A DNA stretch of 64,000 nt, taken from positions 8,618,001 to 8,682,000 of the forward strand of contig OZ024751.1 in NCBI GenBank assembly GCA_964016885.1, given 5' to 3'. Position 1 is the first letter of the stretch, and the number at the start of each line of letters is the position of its first letter. The DNA is from Eledone cirrhosa (taxonomy: Eukaryota). Positions 14,501 through 26,905 of this stretch are shown in pieces. A program made the translations under genes and the position numbers. Below the pieces are notes generated by a model, which made no database searches, was not told where the DNA came from, and saw only the letters and a list, made by a program, of their open reading frames with translations.

Positions 14501-16261
14501 CTTTAGAATTTTAATTCCGCGAAATCACTATACATATTTTGATACCCTAACTCCATCATCCGATTATGTTGCAAGACAAGGTGTCATCTGCAGAATTATG
14601 TAACAAGATCACGTTGAAACCAAACATATATAGGAAGATAGGGTTTAGAGAAAATTTAATTCGAGGACAGCCTGCAAATATGGTGTTATACCGAAAAGAG
14701 ACAAAGCCGGTGACGATATTTAAGTCTATACTGAGTAAATCATGATTTAAAAACCGTTTCCACAGCATTTGCTTCCTCCAAGATAAGTTGCCACAATGTT
14801 TGAAGACGGCAACGTATGATACTACACAATATATTAGGTTTACATATTCTTTACACCTGCGATTAGATTATCCCTACTACTCACACAAAGAAGGCCACTT
14901 CCATAATAAAAGATATTCATAGCTATCAATCCAACAAGAATTTAAATTAATATTGCAGTCCACATCAATCATCAATTGGCTATACATTTGTTGAATACAA
15001 GGAGAAAAAGCCTTCATGATTTCTTTGAAAGCAGGTTAAATCTTAACGGTTAGGGAAATGTCTAAAGTATAAAATATACAAACAAAATATTTTCAATTTC
15101 AGCAGAGCTGTAATATAACGATTGAAAACACAATTGCCTTGTCAGAGGAATACGAGATAGCACAAAGCGATATTCAGTGATGTGCATTAAGAGGTAAAGT
15201 CTAGATTTCATAGCTGAAAAAGCGTAGCAAGTTCGTGGATCCGTAACTTAGCGACGTATTAATAAAAACAATTTAATTATTATATTATCGTAAATTCAAG
15301 AGTTTTCACTAACGTAGCGGTCTCTATTCGATGGAGCAATCCAGCGATCTTTTAGATATAAATGCAAGATTGAAAATCTACTTATTTAATAATATGTTTC
15401 AGATCAGAAACCTATTTCTATCGCGGGGGAATCTAATGAATACACACATTTATGACAGTCAAAGATTTTTTTTACGATCAAGGAGAAAATCGAAAAATAT
15501 TATATAATTTACTTCAGCATTGAAATGTTGTTCATACTACAAGTATTATATAATGACCGCTCCAGTGGTGATTTCCACGTGAAGCTGATAAAAGCTGAAT
15601 TATTCCCTATAAAAGAAGAGTTGTGAAGGCTTACAGAATTAAGTATCATGCACAATAAACAGCAGGGAACAACATTGACTATTCTGCATTCAAACCTCAT
15701 CAGTGCTCGGAAATGGTTTCTTATATTCGACAATTCATATATTGCGTGTATCAATTATGGTATCTTAAATAAAGAAATTTCAGTATAATATTTTTTATGT
15801 TTGTTTGAATAGATTGTGCTTAGCGAATATTACATAATTGAAGGGGGATTTAGAAATTATATTCATATGTCCACCACCTCCACTTGTAACCCCTATTTCA
15901 TTTGAGAGCCTGATGTTACAATACCAATTGTAACAATAAACTATTTAATTCATTTTAAACTAAATTTGTTCAGAGAACCACCATATGCAGCTAATATTGG
16001 CTCAATGGTTAGAAAGTCAGATAGAATGGTTTGGAGTATTACCTCCGAGATCAAGTTTGCATATCCTCCTTTTGAAGTGGATAAAAGTGTATCAGTCCAG
16101 TACCAGTACTAAGGTAGATTCGTTTTCTTTCTAAATCTCTTTCTCACTTCATCTCTATCTATCTCTATTTCTTTCTGGAAGAAATCACATGTGTTCAGGT
16201 GTGGATAGGGTTCGGCTGCCTCTGGTTCAAAATGTCCATGAAACGTCGTGTGTCACGATAG

Positions 16262-16321
<60 letters not shown>

Positions 16322-16322
<1 letters not shown>

Positions 16323-16655
16323 GTGGGATCCTTTCTTGCTCACACCTCACTCGCGTCGTACGGTCTGTTGTCTCTCGCCCATCAAATCCACACATATTAA
16401 GCCGATCGGATTCCATGTGCTTGTTTCTTCCTATCTTTGCGCTGCTATCCTTCTATGTTTGTTTACTTGTCTCGCTCGCTTTACGCGATTTACTTGTCCC
16501 AATAGCTTTATTTAGCTATTGCTCGCACCAACTGGAGGTATATGATTTTTAAAGCGATGAAATACCAATGATGGCTGGAAAATCACTGATGAAGGACTAT
16601 GTTTATCATATGTAACCCATGTGCAACCACGCAGTATTCATTTCTTCTCATGTTT
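16322..16655 (+). mobile_element. Diverged monomer of family F, inside TA
   Basis: tgtttacttgtctcgctcgctttacgcg...aaatcactgatgaaggac...ccatgtgcaac matches the 37877-39087 units. Confidence 0.75.
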
Positions 16656-17324
16656 TTTTTATATATATATGAGTGAGAGATATAATAACAGAAACAACAA
16701 ACTATTAAATATACATCGTATTACATGTAGAACAGATAACTATATATTATTCTGTACTTAATGATTCAGATTATCAATACATTGCGCACTCCATCAGTGA
16801 AAGCCGGATTGTAGTTGGAAGGTAAGATGTTTGCTAATGGGACCAGTGATTACGATTATTCAAGAGACTCCTTACTCTATCAATAATTTATTATGTCCTT
16901 ATTTGTACTGATATCAACCACTTCTAACATACTTCTATATACGTAAGCACTAGCTCACATTAAACTTGATATTTCCTTTCATAACCATAGTGATTTTCTA
17001 TACTGATGAGTAATTTCAGCAGTCATTGAAATATAACATAGAGAAATAAATATTTTCTTCTTAGGATTACAGTTATTGCTGTTGTTATCGTTGCTGTCAT
17101 TGTTGTTCTTGTTGTTTATGTAGCTCCTGTTGTTTACGATGTTGGTGTTGGTGAAGGTTTTGGATGTTAAGGTGGTGGTGTCTAAATAACTGGTCTTATC
17201 CAAAGAGAGCCAGCACCACCCTTGTTATGTCAATTCTAAAGACAATTATATTTAGTTATATTGAGAGATATATGCAGTGAATAGTTTATGAAATGACGAG
17301 CGTGATTCCTAAATTGCATCGAGC

Positions 17325-17985
17325 CTTGTAATATAGCTGGTGATACATCTTGTCTTGTAGATTATATTGTAGCTCGTCTTTTGGCTTGTGTTGTAGCTTG
17401 TGATATAGATTGTGTTTTAGTTTGTGTGTTGTAGCTGGTATAATAACACGTGATATCGCTTGTGTCATAGCTTGTCTTGTAGATTGTCTTGTAGTGTGTG
17501 CTGTACTTTGTGTTGTAGTTTGTGTGTTGTAGCTGGTATAATAACACGTGATATCGCTTGTGTCATAGCTTGTCTTGTAGATTTTCTTGTAGTGTTTGCT
17601 CTACTTTGTGTTGTAGTTTGTGTGTTGTAGCTGGTATAATAACATGTGATATCGCTTGTGTCATAGCTTGTCTTGTAGATTTTCTTGTAGTGTGTGCTGT
17701 AATTTGTATTGTAGTTTGCATGTTGTAGCTGGTATAATAACATGTGATATCGCTTGCGTTGTAGCTTGTCTTGTGGATTGTCTTGTAGCTTGCGATGTAG
17801 TTTGTGATGCAGTCTGTGTTGTAGTCTGTGTGTTGTATGGCATCTTATGGCTTGTAGTATTGTTGTTATCCTCGTTATAGTTGTTATCCTCGTTATAGTT
17901 GTTATCCTCATGTAATATGGCGTGTGATATCAGCTTGTAATATAGCTTGTGCTATAGGAGGTGATATAGCTTGTGTTATAGTTAT
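17325..17985. repeat. 98-bp minisatellite (4 units) built from 12-bp tgtagcttgtct-like subunits, plus an 18-bp repeat x3
   Basis: gtagctggtataataac at 17431, 17529, 17627 and 17725; ttgttatcctc x3 at 17863-17909. Confidence 0.9.
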
Positions 17986-18826
17986 TATTGGGGGAATATT
18001 GATTTGTTAGTTCGTTGTATTGTGTGCAAATTTTGGATCCCAAAGCCAACTCTTAATTTTGTTTTGGGAGTCTTGGTGGATATAGTCATTTCATGTGTAT
18101 GTGAGAGCTTATGTGCCGAAACATTCAGAATCATGGGATTTGAAATACATTGATATTCTTGTAAATGTAGGTTTATAATAAGGCAGGGATTTTACAATAG
18201 CTCAGTTAATATTGTTAACACGAAGGATGTATTAGTCTATTTTCAAAGTGTATCTTTGTGGAACTTCGGAAGCGCTTCGTGTTTTCATCTTCTGCTCTTA
18301 TTTTCTACCTTGTTTAGACTATATACACACTGGTTTATTACAAAGGATTATCTTGATCCGAGGGCGACGTTTGTAAAACGTTTAAGAAAGGCAAAAATAT
18401 ATAAAGCAGAGTGATGACGATTCGACCAGGCATAAAGATACGTAAGCAGATACGTTGCCAGTAGAAATGCTAAACTTGGTAAATTGGTATTTCCTTGATA
18501 AATGTAAATATCTCAAGTTTGTTTCATAACGGCAAGATTGAAGTTAACTTTTTGTAGTAACTTCACCGAATCCTTGCTAAACACACACACACACACACAT
18601 ACACACACACACACACACACGCACACGCAACGCACACACACACACACACACACACACACGCGCGCGCAATCACAACAAACACACACACACACATGTATAT
18701 AAATCTCTGTCGTATATATATATACAGATAGATATAGATATATATATAGTTATATAAAAAGGTCGGGTTGGCCATAAATCTGGGGAGTATTCTATACATG
18801 GATATATATATATATATATACACACA

Positions 18827-21309
18827 CAGTGGGTCCTCGGTATACGGTAGTTCTTTATCCGGTAAATTCACAGATACGGTTTTCGGTAATTACTACCATC
18901 AATTCTATTTACGGTAAAAAAAAATTCACAGATACGGTTTTTGGTGGTGTTTTGTTTATATTGTACCGTAGCGCCACCTGTAGTAAGCAATAACTTCCTC
19001 CTTGAATTCGTGGAAACTTACTGCAATTCGAATTCTAGGAAAATTGTGTTACTACAGCTACTGTACTGACTGGCCTTACAGAGAAATTGGTCAATCACGA
19101 GCGAGTTCAGATATCGATCGATGACGTCATAACTCTTAACTGATCACTTCAGTTCGCAAACTAGCGTGTCCTCTCAGTGAGATAATTTTTGCCGAACTAA
19201 AGTGATCAGTTAAGAGTTATGACGCCATTCAATGTAAGAGAAAACCCGACGGCGTGTTTTTGGAGCATAATTATCACGGCATATCTTATAACCCCATATC
19301 TCATGGCCCCAACATTTCCTACGAATATTGTTGATGCAGATGGAAAGGCCAAACGCATGAGGAAGAGCCACACTTTGGAGATAAAGCTGGACATTTTGAA
19401 AAGGAAGGAACAGGGGCATGGTACGTCCGCCATAAGTCGTAACTTAGGTCTAGGCCAGTCTACAGTCAGGACTGTTTAAAAAAATAGTGAGGCTGTTAAA
19501 AAAGCTGGGGAGAATGCTATGAATCTACAGTGTAAATTGTTGACCAAACAGCGTGAGCCGATTATGGATAGGACGGAAAGGTTGCTCAAAATTTGGATAA
19601 ACGACCAAAATCGTCAAAATATGCCTCTGTCTTTAAATGTAATCAGTGAGAAAGCGTTGTCCATTATTGACAGGCTCAAGTCTGAAATAGGGTGGAGGAC
19701 TTTGTATTCAGGGCAAGCAAAGGCTGGTTTGATAAGTTCAAACGACGTTCGAGTCTTCACAACATAAATATTACACGTGAGGCTGCCAGTTCCGACAAAG
19801 AGAGTGCTGAAAAATTCAAGGCAGAGTTAGAGAAATGCATTGCAGAGAAGGGGTACAGCAAAAAAACAGGTTAATAATTATGATGAAACAGGACTTTATT
19901 GGAAAAATATGACCAGTAATACTTATATTGACAAGGAGGAGAAAAGTGCGAAGGGGTTCAAAGCCTCAAAGGACCGCGTTACTCTGTTACTTGGAGGGAA
20001 TGCAGAAGCATATTTAAAGCTAAAGCCACTCATTATCTACCATTCTGAAACTTCAAGAGCACTCAAGGAGTTACTTAAGCAATACCTACCAGTGATATGG
20101 AAGTCTAATAAGAAGGCATGGCTGATCACTTAAATTCACCAGGATTTTTTCACCTCATATCTGTCACCAACCCTTAATGAATATGCATTAGCTAACAACA
20201 TTGCCAACCGTTTTCTGCTCATAGCGGACAACGACCCCAGCTACCACGGGCAATGGAAGACTGGTCAGAAAATACTGAGGTTTTGTTTATCCCCCCAAAC
20301 ACCACAGATCCGATGGATCAAACAGTCATCAAAACATTCAAGGCATGCTACCAGCGGAGAACCATGCAAATGCTGATAAAGGGCACAGATGGGCCTGATA
20401 AGCCCACGATCAGGGAAAGGTGGAAATTGTGCAACATCAAGAACGGCTTAGACAACATCAAGGCATCTTGGGAAGAAGTGAAGCAGTCTACCATGAACTT
20501 GGCCTGGAAGAATTTATGACCAGCATGTGTGAATAACTTTCATGGCTTTGCTGAGGACATTGGTGCGATAAAAAAAGATATTGTAAATCTCTGCCATAGA
20601 GCTCGCTCTGATGGTATTAATGATGATGATATGAAAGACCTTTTAGAAAGCCACGCTGAAACCACTCTCCAAAGCCACGCTGAAACCACTCTCATAGAAC
20701 TAGACAAGGCGATACAGGAGACAGAAAAAGAAGAAGAGGAAGAAGAACCTGTGCGTGGCTTGTACATAAACACTCTAAGAGAATGTCTCGGGAGAATCGA
20801 AACAATCTCAGAAACCCTGAAGGAGCGTGACCCCAACCCTGCTGGGACTCAAGACGTCGAGAAAAGCGTCAAGATTTACCAAGAAATGTATGAGGTCAAA
20901 AGGAACACAGCCAAACAATCCTCCATCTATTGTTTCTTCAAGCCAGTCACACCTGCCAACCGTGCTACAGTTGGCCCTTCAACATCCACTGCAGTCAAAG
21001 AGTTTGTTGGTTTTAAGCCTCCCACGTCACCCTCATCCTCCCCTGCCAACTCAGCCCAAGATGAGTAAGGGCTGAAACCCATACTGGCCCTTAGCCTCGG
21101 GAGGGACAAATGAATAGGCACAATAATCTGTAATGTGTAAGGTACAGTAAATTAAAAAAAACATTATTTCTTTTCTGTAGGAATGACTTTTTCGATGTGC
21201 TGGAACGCGTCGCTATCTATTTCATGTTATAATGGGTTCTTTATACGGTAATTCGATATACGGTAAGGGTTTGAGGAATGCATATATACCGTATATCGAG
21301 GACCCACTG
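18827..21309 (+). mobile_element. Tigger/pogo DNA transposon, full length, decayed
   Basis: 23-bp TIRs cagtgggtcctcggtatacggta / taccgtatatcgaggacccactg (1 mismatch); TA on the right; subterminal atacggt repeats. Confidence 0.95.
19303..21068 (+). pseudogene. Tigger transposase (psq HTH, CENP-B HTH, DDE), broken by stops and frameshifts
   Basis: RKSHTLEIKLDIL, ERLLKIWINDQ, FRASKGWFDKFKRR, NYDETGLYWK, KDRVTLLLGGNA, FIPPNTT.PMDQ.VIKTFKA. Confidence 0.93.
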
Positions 21310-21319
21310 TATATATATA

Positions 21320-22018
21320 GTGGTAGAACACTGGATGGTCATATCTGTAGTGGTAGAGCACTCAGTCCATGGGACGAGTTTGGTAGAAGTGGTTACACAA
21401 CAGTTAGTTCACCATACCGAGAACAATTGTTTCATCTTAGCGGATCCTCAGCTCGTAATGGACATGGTTATACGGAACAGGGAGGACAACCGTACGAACG
21501 CGCATCCGCAGAAACGGTCACTTCCCTCAGGCAATACTAAATTTCGTGCGAGAGGTGTAAGGGAGATAACTGAGAAAGACCGAAAGTTTCTAGTTGATAA
21601 GAAATTTAGGATGTTGTTGTAATTAAATCCGGAGCTTTGTAGTTATGTAAGAGGTTTTTCTAGACGTGTGGACAACCTGTGAAGAATTCATATCTTCAGT
21701 TTAGGCAATCGTTATTGCGCAATCTCTTTAGAATATTTATTCGTTCATCAATACATAGTCCACACGACGGAATGCCCTTGCGTATGGCTTGGACTTAGTG
21801 ATGGCTTTCCATTGAATGGAGTAGTCTATACTTGAGTCCTGATGGACCATACGTGACTGGCGAGTTTCGTGGTTGAACGTTTGTCCGCGTACCTAAAGGA
21901 CAACTGGTGGTTCAGGAAGCGTTCCTTAGATCGGCCCTCCGCCATTCGCACATAGGATTTGACCTGCTGTAGTTGATTTGATCGGTTGGAAGTGACCACA
22001 GCTTCATAAACTACACAC
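21320..22018 (-). mobile_element. PLE 3' fragment (family P): GIY-YIG remnant plus 3' region, inside TA
   Basis: VVYEAVVT...SYVRMAEG..KERFLNHQLSF...TKLASHVWSI at 21826-22020; same endonuclease type as 60933-61435. Confidence 0.85.
21418..21455 (-). ncRNA. Minimal hammerhead ribozyme motif (family P)
   Basis: cgag-CTGAGGA-tccgctaagat-GAAA-caattg-TT-ctcg; helix II is weak. Confidence 0.7.
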
Positions 22019-22047
22019 ACAGATATATATAAATATATATATATATA

Positions 22048-24576
22048 TTGTTATATTTGGGGAGGGTCATATTTTCGTAATATTGCCAGAATTAATAACA
22101 GAACACACTCACTGTTTGGTTGGTTTTCGCTTCTCGCTGTCTTTTATATCTGCGATCTAACTTATTCGGTCCTCAATGTTGCCATTGACTGACCGGCGGT
22201 CAAAGTTGATACAGATACAATATAGACACAAACACATATATATAGTTTACATAATTTACATAAATCTTTCGTTGCACATCTGCAACATCGTCAGTGGTGT
22301 TATATTCATTGTTCCTCCTGTTGTGTTGTATGTCTACGCCATTTTTTTTTTGTTCAGTCTGTCTATATATTTATTTGTTTATTTGCTGGTTTGTTTATCT
22401 TATTTTATTTTGTCTTCTTTGCGCATGCGTTTGCGTGTGTGTATAGTGTTATGTGTGATGTGTGACTAGTGTGTATAGTGTTGTGTCTGCTGGGTGACTA
22501 GTGTGTGTTTATGTGCTTGTTGTTATTGTGCTTGTGTATGTATTTATTTATCTTATTTTATTTTATTTTATTTACTTATTTATACTTCTCTTAGGTCAGT
22601 GTTGTTTGTTTGGGTGTTGTTGTTGTTCCACTCATTCTTTCTGTTTAGCTTTGGTCTTCTAATTTCTATTTCACTGGCCTCTCTGATTTGCCTATCTGCT
22701 GGGTCATTCCTATGTTTAGATATTATTCTAATTTCTATGTTAGTCTATGTTACCGTCATGTTGTTGTCTAGCATGTTCGTATAGTACTGACCCGTTTTTT
22801 CTTCCTTTTAGTTCCCCCCAGTGTTGGTCTATCCTTTCACCTATGCTACTAGCTGTCTCACCTATGTATGTTGTTGTCATGTTTCTGCAAGTACCCTCTG
22901 TACATCTTATGCTATAGACTACGTTTCTAGTTTTACAGTTTATCCGGGGGTTCACCTTACATATGATACATTTCCTATTGGTACAGTGGGTTTTCTTAAA
23001 AGGGTAGGTTTTGCTGATCAGGGATTTTATGGTGGTTCCTGGCTTTTCTACCACCTTTATTTTTAAGTGGGTCTTTCTCAGGGCCTTTCTACACTGGTTA
23101 GCTAATTTCCCTCCAGGGGTGGCGTCCACAAACATGACACTCTGATATCTCTGGTTGTCGTACCATGATGTGGCCTTCCCTATCTTATGTCTAGCCCTAT
23201 CTAAGCTATTCCATGATTTGCTCCTGTATAGTGGGCAAATTCCTTTCATGTCCAGTTCTATGAGGGTCTTATACTTTTCCATGGCTCCTTCGTATACTCT
23301 GACTCTGTCTCTTTGGTTGTAGCCAGAGAACTGCATGCGGTTGATGAAGTGTTGGATGTGTCCTTCCATTTCTGTTGGGTCGCACATGCTGGACACATTC
23401 TTCATCACTCGTACCAAATCTGCGATCAGAATATTAAACTTAGCACTACTGGACATTGCTGAGATTTTGAGTATCAAGTATTTGGAGGCCATGGGTTTAG
23501 CATAGTGTGAGTGGAGAATTTGGGCTCTCTCGTCTATAGTGTTAATCCAGAGTTCTGTGTCTAATACAGGTAGTCTATTGTTAGGGTGTTTGGAAGGGAA
23601 GTCTATAGTTACAGTTATACTCTGGTGTATGGAATTAGCTATCTGCTGGATGCTTTCCATCGTGCTACGTTCTAAATCAAACTTGTTAGTGCTCTCTAGT
23701 GGGGGTGTTCTTATAACTATATTGATGTCGTCTACATAACGAAAGTACATGATGAGGTCTATGGAGCTTTCATTAAGGAGATCTTTAAGTCTCCTTTCCC
23801 ACCATACCATGAAAAGGTTGGCAACATCACCAGCTATGCTGACGCCGATGGCTGCTCCCTCATTTTGGGTGTAGATTTTCTCATTGAACTTAAATATGTG
23901 GCCCTTTAGGGTAGTTTTGATACTAGCCCCTATTGCATGTGCGACCATTTTTCTTACCTGATCAGTGTTTTGGGGGGTCCGTATAGCTTTGGTCCACCCA
24001 ATACACCTTCCTATGGGAGTCTTTTTAGCCATTGAGGTTATGGTGGAGGTCTACCTCTTATAGGTCTACTAGGGCAGAAACATCTAAGGTCATGGCTGTC
24101 TAGGTAGTCAGTGTCGTAGGTAAGTCTAAGTAGGAGGCCCAGTTCGTCTGTGTCGACGTCGCAGAACTCCACCTCACTCTCAATGATCATCTCCACACAT
24201 CTTTCCACAGCAAAATCAATGTTAATGGATGGGTACAGTGACACCACATCCATGCTGCCTATTATGCAGTTGGATAGGCTCCTGTTTTTGTTGCACTCAC
24301 TGATTCTGCTGAGGAGGTCCTCTGTACTTTCACATACATCTGGGGACATCTTGATTATGGGGCGTATAACCATTGAGAGGAAGTAGGAGATCCTGTAGTT
24401 GCTAGCTATATTAGCTCCACATACGGGTCTTGTTGGTGGTCCTGTTGTCGGGTCGTCGACTGTCTTGTTATTAATTCTGGCAATATTACGCAAATATGAC
24501 CCTCCCCAAATATATCAATATCTGTTTCGACACACGATTTCATATAAAAAACCTCGCAAAACTAATTCATCGCCGC
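22048..24576 (-). mobile_element. PLE family A1 copy 2 with inverted terminal segment (24466-24576, +)
   Basis: Near-identical to 6816-9226; inverted 3' terminus joined at the 5' truncation; (TA)n flanks. Confidence 0.95.
22581..24465 (-). pseudogene. PLE RT-GIY-YIG, frameshifted (ORF pieces 24038-24465 and 22740-24032)
   Basis: Same motifs as 7083-8699; 1-bp deletion near 24045 and 1-bp insertion near 22742. Confidence 0.9.
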
Positions 24577-24614
24577 TATATATATATATATAGCAATATA
24601 TATATATATATATA

Positions 24615-26905
24615 GCAGTAAGTTATAGTTCACTTGAAGCATTGTGTAATGAGGTATAAACGTCTGTATTTGTAAAGCCAAAACAATGTAGGTGTGAATA
24701 TGTTGACAATTAGTCTTTTACCTTAAATTTATTTAAATATCCTTAATTTTCGAGACAATATCTCTTCTTCAGAGGGAAGTAAAGTGGTTATACCAGCGTT
24801 CTAAATAGCTTGCCAAGTCATGCTGACAGGAAATTGTATAGAGAATATGTTCTATCTCTAATGTCAACGAGTGAAAGTTAGGTGGATAAGAAGTAGTCTC
24901 CCTTTAAAAGTGGTTTTGTACATGTATGTTTAAGTGTGTGGGAGAATACATGAAGGTGTAAGTATGTCTGTGTATGTGTGAGTTTGAGAAGATATGTCTA
25001 TACGTAAATGTGGGGGATAGATGCTCTATCGTGTTAAAACTGGTCTTTGTGTGTGTATGTATGTGTGAGAGAGAACAAGTGGAGGTGTAAGCGTGGGCGT
25101 ATGTGCGTGTGTGATTGCGTGTGCGTGTGCATGAGAGGGGGTGTAAGTATGTGGCTAGGTGCTCTAGCAAGTTATAAATTGGGTGTTGAGTTCTAGTCTA
25201 TTATTGATTAGTGGTTGTGTTTTGTGTATAATCATTGCTTCTTTAATTCTAAGATTACCGAAGTTTCTTTCCTTAGTTTCTATCCTAACTGTTACGTTTT
25301 TGTCGGTGTTTTTGCATTTCACTAGGTGTTTCTTAAATGAGGAAGCGTTAGTATTGAGGTGTTTTTTATTCTTATGTGAAGTGGTCTGGTGGTGCTACCT
25401 AGGTATAAGTTGCAGCATTTGTCGCACTCTAATCTGTATACGACGTAAGCCTGGTGGCATAGGTCGGTGTTGTTGATGGGGCAGTTGGATAGCTGTGCAG
25501 CGGCTGTCATGTCTGGTGGAGTCTCTTTTGTTTAGACGCCTGCGCTAAGAAGGTCCTGAGTGGGCTAGTTGGATACCTAGTCCCTCTCGTCTGATAGCTC
25601 TGCGGATAGCTGTTGTTGTTTCCTCACTGAAGTGTGGGAGCTTCAGGAAGCAGGTGTTAGTGCCTCGAGTGTGGTGTCCTCTATTCTTTATAGCACGGTT
25701 CGTGGTGGACGTCGGGTATCCGTTCAGTTTGAGTACTTCCAGGAAATGTGTGGTGCATTTGTCTCGGTCTCTAGCGTCGGTGCATTTGTTCCGGATACGT
25801 GTCAGTTCGTTCCTTATGTATCCGAACTTAGCGCCGGATGGGAGGGCGATCTGGAATGTACAAACAGGTCCCTGCTGGCGGCTTTTTTATAGAAGCAGGT
25901 GTGGATGTTGCCTTCCTCTGTTACCCTGAGTTGGAAGTCCAGTAGGGATAGGGATCCGCGGTCATCGGGGTGTTCCATGTTGAACTTCATACTGGCGTCC
26001 ATGCTGGAGAATGTCGTGTATAGTTTATCCGCCACCTCACGGGATGATGTAAGGATGAGTATGTCATCTACATATCGGGTAAATGAGGTATGGGAATGGC
26101 AGGTGTTGAGGGCTCGGCATTCTAGCTGGTTCATATAGGTGAGGGGCAGCAGGCCCGATAGGCTGCATCCCATGGGTAATCCTGTTGTCTGTCTGCATGT
26201 GTGGTGATGGAAGGTGAAGTACGTATTGTCCACTGTAAAGGACAAAAGCTGGTGTATGTCCGTCGGATGGAGGCCGTAGCAGTGGATGTCCTCTGCAACC
26301 ACGCAATCCGTCAATAAATCGACAGTTGGATGAGCGGGGACTGTAGTGTAGAGTGAGACAACGTCGAGGCTAAAGGCGTATCTATTTAGTTTAAGTTGTT
26401 CTGGCTGGAGTTGGTGTAGCCTACGTATGTCTTCGTCGGAGCTACTGACATGCCCGGGTCATGGAGAATAGAAGCTTGAGGACCTGGGAGAGGAGCCAGG
26501 AGATTTTCTATAGGGGTCCTTCTATGGTAGAGACGATGGGTCTTATTTGTGTCTTAGTACTATTCTTGTGGGTCCTGATGGGGTGGTAGAAAGTGGGCAG
26601 TCTGCTATTTCTAGTGGTGTAGTTGATCTTAACTTTATTTGGGAGTTGTCTTCTCCTACAGATGTCGAACCAGATGGAATTGGCCTGTTTTTTATCTGGG
26701 CTGCAGTCATGTCCGAGATCTCTGTATATAGTTCATTGTCGCTTAAGTGTTCAAAGGCTATGCTGTTGTATGTGGCTTGAGAGATGACACAAATCTCTTT
26801 ATCTTTGTCGGATGGGAAGTATATAAGTTCCCTATTCCGTAGGTTCTTCAGGGCGAGTTGTTGTGTCCTGGAGAGGTTTGGGTCTATCTTCTTCTGTTTC
26901 CACCT
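24615..26905 (-). mobile_element. PLE family B, 5'-truncated pseudogenised copy
   Basis: PSDK, FSLDVVSLYT, GLPMG, RYVDDI, LSLLD, VVYRLECDKC..YLGSTTRPLHIRI; terminal repeat at 24615-24900. Confidence 0.92.
24741..24775 (-). ncRNA. Minimal HHR of family B (CCGAAGA variants at about 27011 and 29286-29320, +)
   Basis: cct-CTGAAGA-a-gagat att gtctc-GAAA-at-TA-agg. Confidence 0.65.

Noticed and set aside
14800-15760. Possible decayed transposase
   Set aside because: No motif identified with confidence
17431-17760. Regular repeats suggesting a CRISPR array
   Set aside because: The whole unit repeats with no unique spacers, no cas genes, eukaryotic context
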